From Eledone cirrhosa (Eukaryota): a DNA stretch of 64,000 bases. Both the position numbers and the translations under genes were made by a program. The stretch is taken from contig OZ024745.1 in NCBI GenBank assembly GCA_964016885.1, forward strand, positions 54,808,001 through 54,872,000. The letters run 5' to 3'. Under the pieces are notes generated by a model that worked only from the letters and a program-made list of their open reading frames with translations, made no database searches and was not told the origin of the DNA. This document shows, piece by piece, positions 25,264 to 40,659 of the stretch. The first letter of the stretch is position 1. Each line of letters begins with the position of its first letter.

Positions 25264-28155
25264 ATCTAGATCGTATGTAGATAGGTTCTTTATTAAGCCA
25301 GTAGGTAAGGATAGGTTGTCCACATATTCAAATGTTCGCCTATTCATATCACAAGTCTGTGATCTGCGTCGTTGACCTAGATAGGACACGCAAGTTAGGA
25401 CCTGGATACTGGAAGCTGAACATGTCATTCCCGGTACGTAAAGTTTACATAGACCGAGTCATCAATTTAATTAAGCAAAATTTGACAAGGGACGTCGTCA
25501 ATAACATGTGGTGGGGACTCTCAAAAGAGAGATAAGAGCAATGCCGAGGGTGAAATGGTAGCTAAATTAGACTAGCTTATTAGTAGTGGCATTACAACTG
25601 ACGTACTAGTGGTGAGAATGTCATTAGACCGTTTCTTTAATGCAAAACACGAAGGTTGCATTGTCAGAGATAAGAAACGAGAGAACTGAAGCTGTTCGAA
25701 GGACCCGCATATCGGATGCTTCAGCGTTGTAACAAAAACAACAATTCGGTCTTTGACGGACCAAGACGAAGGTGAGCTGAACATATTCCATGCAGGTTTG
25801 TGAGGCCTCTCGCAGTCATTTTGCTCAGCTGTTCGGGGAGAGCTGGGGATCGGAGACGGTGACTGATTTCAATACCTACCTCGATTGCCTACCGTGCCTT
25901 TTACCAGTCAATACTGGGCGCTGCGAAAGGCCGATAACATCAGTCGAGATTGGTGATGCCCTATTCAACTGCACATGGCGCAAGTCACGCGGTTTGGATG
26001 GTCTGCCCCAAGACGTTTACATAGACATGCTAAACTTGTTCTCCGATCTCCCCGAAGCGCTCTACTGCAACTAGCAACAGAGCTGGAATATTCCCAGTTC
26101 TGTGAGCCGGTGCGTAGTGACGCTCATAAAGTAAAACGAGAAAAAGAGAGATACATTAGACAAGTTCAGGCCAATAACTCTGCAAAACACCGAGTCTAAG
26201 ATTTTGGCCAAGTTGTTAACGAAGATGTTGGCGAACGTAGTCGAGGATATGGTTGGGGAGGCACAAACTTTGGCAATCCCGATCAGGTCCATACATGACA
26301 ATGTCGACCTCATACGATATATCATAGAGAGTGCATGGTGTAAATCTGGCTTCGGTGGGGCTCAGATCAATTTAGATCAATCGAAAGCTTTCGATAGCGT
26401 TGACCATCGATACATGGAGAATATCCCCAAGGCAGCTGGCTTCGGTCTCGTCTTCAGAGGTTGCGTCTACTGGGTGGTCAAAGTTAATGGCCATCTTTCA
26501 GAACCGATTCAGATCCGATCGGTCCGTCAATGATGCCCTCTCTCCTCCCTTCTGTAAGTATTGACTATCGAGCCTTTACTGTGAAAGCTAGAGCTGTTGC
26601 AGGGCATCACACTCAAACCAGGACGTGGAAGAGCGGTGTGGGATTATGCGGACGATATCAACGTAATTGTGTCGAGCACCTCGGAAATAGATGTTTCCGA
26701 CACTTGTTGTGAGGAATATGATGGGTTGAGGGGTGCAAAACTAAAAACCGGAAAAGCCGGTGGGCTTGCAGCTCGGCACCTAAAGAGGCAAGTCCCCACT
26801 GTTCAACAGCAGTGTAGGTCACTTGACGGAAGGACCGGTAAAGTTGATCGGGGTCTGGTTCGAACCAGGTATCCAGGTGGATAAGAATTGGGACGATATT
26901 ACAATCAGGGTGGCCGCTCTCACTCGGAAATTGCCCGAAAGAAAGCTGGCTCTAAAAGAGCGAGCGGAGGTCGTGGATGCGTACATCGCGTACGTCGTCT
27001 ATTACCGCCTGACCGTCGTACTTTGCCCACGTTCGCACCTCATCAAATTGGAATGGCTTTTTTTCAACTTCTTATGGAAGGGACTAGTTCCGTTAGTGAG
27101 AAGGTCCACCTGCTGCCAGCACCCTCTACGTGGAGGGCTGGCCATGCCGTGGCTAATGATGCGTAAACATGCGCTGGGCTTGCGGCATCTTCAGATACAC
27201 AAAATGGTGAACAGGTGTGTTGTCAGGCGCTCACTGCCCTCTGATTAGCGGGCAATGTGGGCAGTGGAACTTCCACTTTTGAGTTTTATAGAGGATTGGA
27301 GATGGGCAAGTGCGATAGAGGGGCTCTGGGCGTATACGAAGTCGAACTGACGAGTCTGTTCCGGAGTACGTTTGAAACGGAGACTACGGATAACTTCCAA
27401 AAATCTCTCACTTGACACTGCTACCGGGGAGCATTACCGGTTCGAGATAGACTACATGCGTGGACGTACTGCCAGCCGGACCTGCGCCAGATGCGCGCCG
27501 GACGACGAAATCATTCTGCACCAACTCTTTCAGTGCATTACTGACCTGTGGAGGTATGTCGAACAGCTGTTCTATCGTTTGAGGCGGATGTGGTCATCGA
27601 TCCTTTCCACAGTGAGGATCGCCCCATCACCTTCATTTGACTGGTGGTTGTAGAGAAAGAGGTTGTGTAGTGGACCACGTTGGAAGGACTGAAGACGGAA
27701 ACCTTTCTTTTTGGCAAACATTTCAGGGTTTTCATGTTTCACTTGGAAAGGAAGATGAGAGTGGGGAGAGAAGCTGCTGCAGCCCTGTACCTTTGCTAAA
27801 TAGTGGGTGAATGTGGCAAGAATAGCCCACGTGAATGGGCCTGCTCTAAGCTTGCGCGTGTGGGCTGGTTAACTTGAGCAGGAGAGGGGTGTTTTTCTAG
27901 AGTGCCCTTGAAGCGCCAGCTGGTTCAGAATTGGTGGGGTACGTGAGTTTCTCTAGGTACTTCACCTCCTATTGGGAAATTTGTTTTGGCATATTTTTAT
28001 ATATCTCATATTTGTTTACAATTTTGTCATTGTTAATTGATTTTGTTATTGTATATCTTTACACGAATTTAATTGTAAAATCCCACTGTCCCTGACTTTG
28101 TAGTGTCCTTTATATGTTAGCCCTTGTGACCAATAAAAGTAATCATTATTATTAT
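25264..28155 (+). mobile_element. Tx1-like LINE, rest of ORF2 and 3' UTR (heavily decayed)
   Basis: SRSYVDRF, GPGYWKLN, LDQSKAFD, YADDI (26645), EGPVKLIGVWF; ends AATAAAAGTAATC(ATT)n like the 8.4-14 kb copy. Confidence 0.9.
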
Positions 28156-29603
28156 AGCTGCAATTTAGTCAAACATAATCAATCTCATTGATCACATCTC
28201 ATTGAAAGACCTTGATATTGTTTCGTTATACGAAATTTTATAATTGATCTCTCGTAAAAAACAGGCTATGGATAGATCTCATTAGAAACACCGATATTAT
28301 ATGGTGGAAAATTTAATATAACATTTATTAGCGTTTTTTGTGGGATAGGATTGCAATAGTTATTTGTTTTTAACCATGCCCCATTTATTTCTCTGTGAAG
28401 AGAATATGTTTGCCACTGCTTCAACACCTCGGTTTTCCATTACCATAATTACAGCAGTAATTCCGAAATACTAACATCACACATAACAGCGTATATAGAC
28501 GAACCAGAAGTAATATTAGCTAAACTTCATACATATCAACAGAAATGTGATTTATCTTTCTGCTCAGCTATTCCTCCGACAATGCTTTCATCTCGTCTCA
28601 TATCGATTTCTCATATTTTACAATAATGTTTGTTTACCTTTCATCTGTAATATATTTATTTATACAACAATCCCTCTTTGTTCTGTCTCTGTTTGCCTAT
28701 CATTTATAAATTCTATATTTATGCAACACTTCCATTATTTCATATCAACATTTTATAAATAATAAAGAATAGTTATAAAAGAAATATTATGCATATAAAA
28801 TCCCATTTTCCCTGCGCGACACTAGATGCAGCATATTAATATTTCGACTATTCAATACAAACAGAAGATCATTTCGTCAACAATCGTTACTTCGGAATCA
28901 TTAGCTGGTGAGAATTTCTTATTCAAATTACTCTAAAATTCAAATATTACGTATGTATTTAAGGAGTTATTAACTGATAAGTCTAGAGAGATTTATTCAA
29001 AGTATTGTTATATTCTTTCTATTACACCCAAAAATAATTTTCTTACGGGAGCACTAAAAGCAATTGATTTGATGACAGGAGTATCAGTAATGTAAATTAA
29101 AAAGCGAAGTAATTCATTTACTGAAAGTTTTGGTGCTGATGCCCATGATGAAATATTCAGTTTTCTCAAAGAAAATGCCATTCAAATATTACATGGATGC
29201 AACTAGGCGCTTTTACTAATTCCTAACTCAATGAGGCCTCCTTCAATCACGCAATCTATCAACTCTCACGCTCAATATATGTCAAGCTGAGTATATGTTC
29301 GAGTAAACATGCATTATCTTTTATTATGATGTTATAATATAATTGAAACTCAATTTTAACATAGTCACATGCCTACAAAAGTAGACGTGAGAATTTATTT
29401 GATCCAAAAATTAAATTTCAACAATTATATCGGCCAAGAATGAAAGAATATCAAAGACCATCTTAAAGCGACTTGAGGTAATACGGTAATATAAATATAT
29501 GGTAATGTCAGCGACAATCGTTAACATATGCTGAAGTTGACTAATTTGAAGAAAAAGTTTAAGGTGTCTATAATGTACAGACATCGCGTCCCTCAACGTT
29601 GTG

Positions 29604-30504
29604 CGAGGGTAAGTCAAAACGTATCTCCACTTTTGCCATAACATATCTTTAGGTTTGTCATGCTGCATTTGGATCAAACGTGCTTATAGTTGGTACTATT
29701 GTGGTCATGTGATCGAAGATTGAGCTTGATCAAGCTAGTTTTCTTGCTGCTATTACAGTGTAAATATGGCTGCTCCGCTAGCAGTGTCCACATAGGAAGA
29801 ACAAACAGCAGTGATCCGGTTTATCTGGTCGGGATGTGTGTCAGGGGCTGAAGCTTATCGGAGACTTTTAACACAATACGGCGACAATGCACTACAACGT
29901 AGAAGTGTGTATGAGTGGATTGAATTTAATAGTGACCGGACAAGCAAGATACACGAAGAAGGAGCAGGACGCCCGTCAAACTCCACCACTCCACTAATGA
30001 GAAGATTCAGCAAGCTTGAGAGATGGTAGTGGTGAACCGGTGAGTTATCATCCAATAGGTAGCATGTTCTCGGCTGATTAGTCACGGTGCTGCCAACCAA
30101 ATCATCCACGACGAGCTCGGCTTTCATAAAGTCTGGGCGAGAAGGATGCCATGCGAGCATAATGAAGACAACAAGTGCAAACGTGTTAAGTTCGGCCAAA
30201 GTTTACTTGACCGCTACAGCAATAAAGGCGAATAATATTTGAGCAGAATAGTCACAGGAGATGTATCGTGGGTCCATCACTATGAGTCAGAATCCAGAAA
30301 ACAAAGTATGAAAAGGAATCATATTGGTGTACATTGCTAGCAGAGTGGCCATGTTTACACTGCAATAGCTACAAGAAACTGCGTGATCAAGCTCAAAACT
30401 TAGGTTACGTGTTACAAAGCTACCATCTATAAGTACGCATAAGCAGAAGATAGTGTGACAAAGTTAAATATATGAAAGTACGAATAAGATTTGACTTATC
30501 CTCA
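29604..30504 (+). mobile_element. Mariner-derived ~900-bp non-autonomous element with ~185-bp inverted ends
   Basis: TIR CGAGGGTAAGTCAAAA / TTTGACTTATCCTCA|TA; transposase N-terminus MAAPL...VIRF.W...EAYRRL..QYG...VYEW...GAGRPS and SRIVTGDVSWVHHY; no C-terminal catalytic region. Confidence 0.85.
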
Positions 30505-30523
30505 TAATTGTGTGTGTTAGAAA

Positions 30524-30566
30524 ACTACTACTACTACTACTACTACTACTATTACTACTACTACTG

Positions 30567-30598
<32 letters not shown>

Positions 30599-30633
30599 AC
30601 TACTGCTGCTGTTGCTGCTGCTGCTGCTGCTGC
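30524..30633. repeat. (CTA)n-(CTG)n trinucleotide microsatellite
   Basis: Direct reading. Confidence 0.95.
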
Positions 30634-31892
30634 CGTTGCTTTTGTTCTTCCTCATTTTTCTTTCCTATTTCAGTCGTTTCATTTTTAGTATGTACCTTCG
30701 CTACTCCATTACGCATGGCTCTGTGCATTCCTGATGACTGCTGTTTTGTTTAGGAATGTAATATATATTGTATTGAATTACATGGCATAACATTTTCGCA
30801 GTGACATGTGTTGTTTTTTTTTGCTGCATATATTTGTAATTTCTGAGTATTTCATTATGTAGCTATCTCTATGTTTTTATATCTTTCTATAAACATTTAT
30901 TATTTTTCAATGGGCACATTCCGCTTATCTGTGTTTCTAGATATTTTCTATATTTCATTTAGAGATACATTACCGTTTGTTTGTGACAACTCTGCTTGTA
31001 TGCACTTCCTTCTCAGTTGGTCTTTGACAACAATATATGACCGATTAGACTAGTTCACTATTTCCGTAAGAATTGTCATATATCTGTGTATGTTCGATTT
31101 ATCATTCTCTGTGACATTTGGTAGTGTAGGTTTGTATTATTTCGTTTCGGTTGGAATTACATATTACTGACATCATGATTTGTGTACAAAGATATACACT
31201 TGGTGGCTTTCTTGTCTGGACGTGTATTCCTTCTTAGCTTATTCCAGACAGCCAAGCATTCTCCTCTAGATTTAGTTATGCTACAGTTATTTTCACTATT
31301 CTGCTATTTTACATGTTTGCCGACTGCCGGTGAGCTTTGATACTGTGCACCAAACCATACATCTTCAGTCATAGCTTTGATACATGTGCCACACTGCAAT
31401 TTCCTGATATTTCCATATTTCATCTCAAATTGCATGTCGCATCTTTTAAAAGCACTCATTAATTTTGGTTTATTTTAATCTGTCTAGACTTGATAATTGA
31501 TTAAGTGACCTATTGGTAATAGTAAAACTATAATTTATTATGAGATGTAATAAATAAAATACATAATATTAAACGTTGAATATATTGTAATTAAAATATA
31601 TTACAATTCTTTTTTTTTATGCCTAATTAATATCACAAAACAATACAGCACCGCGATCCAGACATCATAATTATTGCTAATTTCTATCAAATCCTTGTGA
31701 CATTAAGTTTTTTTTTTCTGTGGAGCATGGGGAGTTCTGGTCAAGTAAATGGACGTCGGGCATATCATTTCCTTCACCCGACTGCTACATCGATAAACCT
31801 TATGATTTAATGTTAAATTGTCGATAAGGCTGGGCTATCTGGCAGTACAAATATATATTCAACACAGCCTCCACATTATTAGATTGTGGTAC

Positions 31893-32060
31893 TTTATTTT
31901 ATCGATCCTGCAAGGATGAAATGCAAACTTAACCTCGGCGGGATCTGAGTTCAAATCCCGCCGAGGTTAACTTTGCTTTCATCCTTACGGCGTCGATAAA
32001 ATAAATGTACTGGGTAATTTCTGGCCTTGTGCCTTGTGCCAAAAATAGAAACAATTATTA
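31893..32060. mobile_element. SINE core in a head-to-head (foldback) arrangement
   Basis: 31893-31945 is the reverse complement of 31954-32005; centre at B-box GAGTTCAAATC; SINE tail continues to about 32058. Confidence 0.85.
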
Positions 32061-32465
32061 GATTTTGGTATTGACCAGATTTCAGACATTCAGTCTCTCA
32101 CTCTTCTTCTAACTGACAATGTTACGTGCTTCTGTCACGTGGGGTATTTGTGTTATTATTTAGAAAAAGCCTATATCTCGGGGGTCACAGCTCACAAAAA
32201 TAAGATGGTGTAAAGCAGATAGTAACAACAAAAGTAGTCACTGAGGAGTTCACAGAATATCTGATGAACGAAGTTTAAGAATAATCATCTAAACAGCTAT
32301 TTGGCTATTAAACTAACGGACTGGGAAATTATGTGTAATATCTCGACCTCTTGTCGCCACGGTCGGAAGTTTACATATCTCTAGACCCAGTCTGCATTTC
32401 ACCATGCATTGAGTACATCCATGATTAGTGGTCTCCCCGGTCTCAGTAGCGCACAATCCCCCCCC

Positions 32466-32879
<414 letters not shown>

Positions 32880-35800
32880 TAATCTGAAAATGTTTATTTA
32901 ATAGATAGTTTTTACAAAGAGGGTGGATTGTTAGTGAGGGAATAAATGCCAATGTGATTTGATATGTCCTACCACGGACGGAAATTTATTTGTATTAGTT
33001 TTTCATTAATATTTACTAGAGATTTTGGCTGTTTTTCAGTGAGTTTTCATAATATACTTCTAGTCGTTTAATATCGCTACTTCCTTGTATTCATGATAAA
33101 TGTAACCAGTTTACGCCGTGTAATGTATTCTAAAAGCAGTCAGTGCTTTTCCTGTTTTCCTGTCTTGTCTTGTTATTTTATTTAGTGTCTACTTAATAAT
33201 ATTATATCTATCGCTTACAACAAGAACGTCTAGATTATGGACGTCAATTTCCTTAATTTTTCCATTTATTTCTCTTCTAAATATTAATGTAATCTGAATA
33301 TAATTCTTGCTTTTGGTGTGTGTGTGTGTGTTTGTGTATGAGTCTATGTTTGTTTGTGTATGAGTCTGTTTGTGTGTCTGTGTTTGTATGTGATTGTGTG
33401 TGTGTGTGTGATTGTATTTTTATGTGTGTGTGTGTGATTGTATGTGATTGTGTGTGTGTGTGTGTTAGAGAGAGAGAGAGAGAGAGAGAGTGTGTGTGCG
33501 TTTGTGTGTATGCGTTAATATATTTATTTATTTCTTTTAGTCATCACGGCTAATTAATTTCTATCTCTTAATAAGCCTGAATTTGGTATAATCTGTTACG
33601 TTTGTTTCTTTTTCCATCACTGTATTAACGGTGTTACCTAATGTTCACACTTTATGTTTAACCCTGAACAGAGCATGAATTTCTTGACTAAAACTATGCA
33701 CTCTCTTTCTTATTTAATCATCTGTAGCATATATCCCATGGATATTGATATAAATACGATGTTTAAATGTCCATCCGTAGCATTAGTACTTGAATAAAGT
33801 CTAGGAGCTTAAATCGGATAACTTCAAGCAGAAAAGTATTGGAGAGATGCAGGCTTCTGGAAATATTTCTTTTATTTTATTTCCTCTTATTTTTCATCAA
33901 CATAATGAGTTACTAATTATATGTTTAACGTACCAGCATATAATTAGTGGCACATGTCTCATAGCTAATATTTATAGGATTCACGTATAAGGAACAATTT
34001 CTAGTGGTCTGTTAATGCCAGGCCATGACACATTCTTTTTATAGTATTTGAGTATAGATTAGTAGTCAGTCGTTTTGAGCATATCATATTTAACTACGCT
34101 TTTTACTTGTGATATTTTCTCCGAGCAATGATATTTTTTCCGAGCAATTATTTGCTTTTTGCGATACCATTACATTTTCGTAGGCAGACAGGCTATGAGA
34201 CATTCTTGTACATTCCATTATCTTTTAATAGCTTATTAAATATTTTGTCAGCATGTTAAATATTTTAATAGAATCTATTCAAATTGATAATTTTCTAATA
34301 CATGTGATACTTCCATGTTCAAATGATGTATTTGTTTTTATCATTGTACTCTGCTGTAATGGTGGACATACACGTCTCCTACCTTTTCCTTTCTTTCCTG
34401 CTGTCGCCGTAGATTTGATTTCTATGTAATGTTTAACTTAATCCTAATCAATCGCTTTAGGTAGGAGGCGAAGTGTATGATTTATTCCTCGAACCAGTAC
34501 CTCTTTCATAAGACAGGACTCATTGAAATTTAGTGATGATTTCTTGTTTGGAACGATTCTGATATTAAATACTATTTAACTTTGTAATTATGTTACACTT
34601 CAAATTTGCAATTCCCCGTTCTTATTTCAACAAAGGATGAGACATTGCCAATGAATTATTATTATCATGAGAGGCGTGATAATATTTGTGGAAGAGTGAT
34701 ATCTTCAAGCTAGGGACTTTATCAGTATACTTCCTACAAACAGAAACCCCCCAAAACGCATGCGAAGGAATTAAAAAACAGCTTTTTCTCTCCGCTATCT
34801 TAGCTGTCGTTTAATAGATAATCCATAACTTTGTGTTATTTTAGTTCTTCGATTCAGAAAGGATGAACGTTATAGGTTACCTCACTATGATTCTAGATCT
34901 CAATAAAGAAATCAAGAACAAATAGTTCAAGGTATCATATTCTACACCGTAATAACTTTAAATAATCACAGGCTGGAAAACAGCGGCTTCCCTCTCAACA
35001 GAAATGAAAGTATTTGTTTTGTTTTGTATCTGTGATCATCTTATTGGAAAATTTTATATGGAGCGATGTATGTAGCGGACTGAATTATAATGTTCTTTTC
35101 TTGGCGATCGTGGTTTGCCTTTTCTTAGGAAAATCTGTTGATACTTCTTTCGGATTCGCCAAGGGTCTGTTGAACGTTCACATTATCTGATAATACGTCA
35201 AACAGCAACCAGTGAAATGTTGAATATTTTGAACAACTGAGTTTTTCCAGTTTGCGTAGCTGCTCCAAGCACGTTCCAAATCAAGCTTATTATTGCATGG
35301 GTGGGGGTGGATTTCTAATTTGTTTTGTTGCCGTATATTTTTCGTTTAAAAAATACATCAGGTATATGTGTGTGTTGTTTTTATTTTGTTGTATTTTAGG
35401 AGTTATTAATTTTACTATCAATGTTGTTTAATTGGCGCTTGTTTCGAATATGATTTGGCAGATTTGTATGAATCATTTTTCTCTTTTAATGTATCTCTTT
35501 TGAATACATTATTTAAAGGATTAAAATATGTGTCGGCATGTTTGTTTATTTTTCATGTTCTTAATTATATGGCTTGCATTTAAAAGGTTATCTTGGATTA
35601 TTATATCTTGCTGTTATAAAATGTATATTTCATACATAATTTTCTTTTCCAAATCGTCCATCCTTTGCTGGTGGCTACAGGCATATGCAGAATGTCATTA
35701 TCTATTTAACGTCACATTTTCAATTGATGTGAATACCAAAAACTAGGAAATTGTTTACTTTATATCAATGAGAGTTAATACGCTATCATATCGAATTTCC

Positions 35801-37614
35801 CTATGGAAATTGCCTGTGAGGTCCTCAATCCTCCGCTTGTAACTAAAAGTGACTTTTCTGAAAGTGTATGTTTTCTTCATAAAAGTTGACGTGGCAACTC
35901 CAAGTATGTTCGTAAACGATTGACGGTTAACTTTATTGTCAAATCTCTGTTGAATACAAAATTAATGTGGCTGGTTTCTTCTAGTAGCAGAGGACTAATT
36001 TATTACTACTGATAAAATATCATTTTTGTTTCTAGTTACGCGTTATTATCATTGTTAACATGAATGTTTTCCTAAATATTAATATTATTAACATTATCAT
36101 TATCAGCAAGCATAATGAACCATCATATCTACAATTTACAACAACACTACAAAAAAGTTTATACCGCCTCGATTTCTTACTTTGTGAATTAATGTCTTTC
36201 GCTATTGCCTAGGGCGATACTTTGCACGTGGCTGAAATTTCAGCTACATTCTAGCTCAACTTCGAGATTCCGAACTGGGCAAGTAATTTAGTCATGTTTA
36301 CATCGTAATCGTTTGTTTCAATATGGTTATGTGTCTAATACAAAAAGGCCAAGTTAGGTAAAGGTGTAAGACGGCGAAGAGAGATAAATAAACATGATAT
36401 TGTTTGTGCAACGTCGAATAAATTGCCATATTTGTTCTGTTTCTGTACATTTTCTGGTCAAATCCGTCAAGGTTGACCTCATATTTTATTCTTCCAGGCT
36501 CGGCAAAATACCATACTTATCAATTACTTGGGCTTGCCCCAAATTTACAGGTCTTGTACATATATTAAAATCATATTATTAATATTGCTACGTATTTTAC
36601 GTGCTTACGCTGAAATAAATTATGCGTTTTGAAAATAATAATTGTGTTGTGTTTTAGATCCGTTACGCAGAAAGCGAACCTTACATTGTTAGGATTATGA
36701 GTAATATTCTATATTTTGTGTGCCTGTTTAATTATTTTGACACAAAGTGTCACATATGATGTAACAACTAATTTCATGCTACCGACTAAAGTTTGCATCT
36801 TTAGATTCTACTTCAATTTTCTCTATTTATTTCCTTTCTTCCTTTTGTAATTGGCCTCCAAGAAATTATTTCGATCACCTGAAACTGAAATGTTAAAGAA
36901 TAGATAGAAATGTTTGTCTGATTTCTATCCAGATAATTTGAATTTTATATAACAATCAGCTATCTTCCGTCTACAGCAAGAAAACTAACCAAAATCATCT
37001 CATTATGATTCTCAAAATCTTTTTTCTAATAGAAATTGTATTCAGACTCAACAAATAACTGCCTTCCTTGAAATATACTTTGCTTTTCTTGTGTGTATCT
37101 GTAGGTCATTATAATTTTCACCTTCATGTTATAAGAATCTGGCATTGCTGTTTATATCTAGGAACACCATAATTTCTTTCATTACATTTTATTTCTAATT
37201 GTCATTAATTTTGGCAAATCGCCATTTTACTATAAGATCAGGTGAAATGTTTTCTATTGAAAACTAATAGGCAACATTGTGATATTGTTTACTAAGAGTT
37301 GGCTACAGACCACGAGCAAACTTAACTTGATATAGCTTATGTTTTGTATTTGTCTTTTCCTCTGCAAATATACAGAATGTCTGGACTTAAGTCTGTAGTT
37401 TCTATGTATTTTGGCGGAGTCAATGATTTAATTCTTTTTTAAAAGTTTGAGAGTAGTAGTAACTTTAGTTGCCATTAGTAACATAATAATAGTGAGAATG
37501 AAACTTTCTCATAAGAATATCTCTTGTATAGTATTCATGACCTTAAAGATATTGATTACCATTTTATATTATATTCAATATAATGAAAAAAACACGTATA
37601 CTAGATCACATACT

Positions 37615-37775
37615 ATGGCGGCATTGTTGTTTAGCCCTAGATCAAATTTGATCTAGTAAAACAGTTAAAGATATTCCCGCCGTGACTATTCTGTCTTTTA
37701 AGAATAATATGATTTTACAATTTCAAGAGGCAAGATGTGATTTTAAGGTAATTTGGCAGTTAATTCTGGGAGTAT
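37615..37775 (+). repeat. Dispersed repeat, related copy at about 49845-50015
   Basis: Shared pattern TGTTT..CCC.AG.TCA...TGATC.AG...GATATT.C.G.C.T.AC...GTGTGATTT...ATTTG.C.GTT in both locations. Confidence 0.45.
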
Positions 37776-38270
37776 GATATTATAAATAGAACTTCACTAA
37801 CTCGGTCAGATCTAATTTAATGGAAATCATATAGTCATATGCAAAATGAAAGATTATACTTCTTTGAAATACCGAACTACCTAATAATTATTATCATATT
37901 AAGCAATAAAAATACTTATTATATCAAGATCTTTTGTAGGCTGAACACTTTACCCACTGTATGACGTATTGGAGTTTTAAATCTCTGAAAATATAGGGCA
38001 TATTAGAATGGAAACATTATATACACAGATTGGTACTTTTACTGGAAAACTGAAATCAGTGGATTGTTGGTTCATGGAGGTGCATATTCTGTGGTTTTCA
38101 GTTTGTAATTTCAGAGTAGATGAAGATTTAAAAAATAATTTTCACTATCACTAATCTCTAGAGGTGACTGAAAAATGATAGTGAATATATATACATACAC
38201 AGCAAACAGGTGCACATATATTTATGTATCTCTCTCCATCACTCGTACTCCCTCTCTGCCACTTCTCTCA

Positions 38271-38345
<75 letters not shown>

Positions 38346-39983
38346 CTATCTATACATATAGCTTAAAGTAGTTTTTATAAAACATGTTAAACCTGAATGC
38401 AAGCATTATCTGATATAGACTTTAATTTGAAAACTAGACCGAGATTTTAGATTGATAATTGACCGATAATTACAATACAATTTGCACCAAGTGGTTGAAC
38501 ATATCTGAAATTGAGATGGAATTGGAAAATATTTTTATACATAATGTTTGATTTCAGTGAATGTCATCTTGAAAGGAATTTGTGAATATATATGAGTAAC
38601 CCAAGAGGGGGTCATTGACGTCGTATCCGTCTCTCATGCTCCCCATCATCAGGAAATTATGTGCCTAGTCTTTGCTTTTACACTTCGGAGTTTTGGCGGT
38701 GCCCGCTTGCGAGTTCTGTATAGAAGACTACTAACATCCTACAATCACGGCAACCTTTCCTTGAGGTCATCTGTCTTTCTAGATTTACCGAACCTCCTCG
38801 GTTGTCATCCACATTTTCCTGGAAGTCACTGGCTGTCAAAAGAATTGTAGGCATAATTGCATCTTCAAAAAGATGCCTTAACCAATTTCATTTAACTTCA
38901 GTGAACATAGCCATGACCAGGTCGAGTTGATATCACGACACTGTATACAATGTTATTTGGTTGTTTTGAACGCCATCTGAAGCACAGTTTCACTAGTGGG
39001 TCAGTCTTGGTGTCCAAATTACTGCCCATCCTAGCTTCCAGTTTCCTCCTATTTCCTACTCCAAAATCAGCAAGAGATGGTCTATGCTGCCTCCGACATC
39101 ATGCAAACTGCAAGATATATAAATACGCGAGGTTGTGTCTGTATATAAGTACATATATGTATATTAATTTCTGATTCGGAAGATCTCTAATATTTTCTTG
39201 GTTTTTCTTTTCCATATGACTGATTTTACTTGAAATTGTTATTGAACATTATAAAGCTAATTAATTGAAAGTATATCGTATATATGAATGCAACTGACAG
39301 CTGCTTTCGAAAAGTAAATCTATATCGGATCTCTGATCTTTTACAGATATTTCATTTAGTTTATAGATACATACGATTGATATATTTTTTAGCGATATCT
39401 ACCACAGATTTCAAAGTTAGTTTAGTTAGGTTGCATTAACGAAAACACTGAATTTACATCAAATATCTGAATTAAATTGAGTAATTTTCTGTCATCTCTA
39501 TTCACTCATTCCATGACGTTTAATTTATGTCGCTGTCAAATACACTCGTTCTAAATATGCCTCTTACATTCCAAATTAGTTAGAGAGGGCAACATAGAGA
39601 TTAGTTGTAACTTCGAATCTTTGAGTGTGTAGGGCCTTTTTTCCTTTAGCAGACATTCTATTTCACGTTTCTCCATATGAAAAAAAGTGGGGAGACGTAT
39701 CTTGTGCCCAGCTGTATCGGACTTTAGTTTCTTTAAGACATCAGTGAAGACACTGATATGCATGTGCGATTGTTGGTCAACCACAAATATACCTTGCCCA
39801 GTCTTGTGCCTTAGAGTGGAACATATTTGGTGTATGTATGTCGGAATGGTTGGATGTGTACATATAGGTACTTATATATTTCTATAATGCTTAAATGCTT
39901 GACAATTAAGGATTTTTGTATAAATGGAGTTCAATAAAATAAATGATAAGAGTTTCAGATGGTCCTGTTCATCTATCTACTTC

Positions 39984-40145
<162 letters not shown>

Positions 40146-40659
40146 GATTTAACTTGGAAATAAGTTTAAATAATTGAGAGCCCGGCAATGCGTGTGAGAT
40201 TATATGTGCCAACGTAATAAAAATTAGAGAGAAAATTGGACAAAATAATTGAGAAAAGAGTGAGAATGGAAGAATTTTACCTTAGAAAACTTTGATAATC
40301 CCAAGTACTTTTTGATTTGAAATCCATTATCAAATGAAGCCATACACGTGCTCAGAGTGCAATCTGAGAAGAATTGTTGATGGTTGGTCGGTTTAAATTG
40401 AATAAATGAAAAAAAAAAATAAATAAACGTTTTGTGCATGTGTGTAGGGAAAAATGTGCGTAAATATGCTCGTATACAATGCGAAATTTGGCGGGGAACT
40501 GTGTCGTCAGCGGAAGTTCACCTCCCTGTAATGGAAAGGTCCATGTGGCTGGCTGGTTCATCCCATTGCAAGTGAATGTAGTACTTTTAAAATTCAAGCT
40601 ACGTGTATGTAGATAAGCTAAGTCTGACCCTTTACAGGGAACACACGTTGGCAACTGAT

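Noticed and set aside
36658-36700. Possible micro-exon IRYAESEPYI
   Set aside because: Donor site is ambiguous; indistinguishable from chance.
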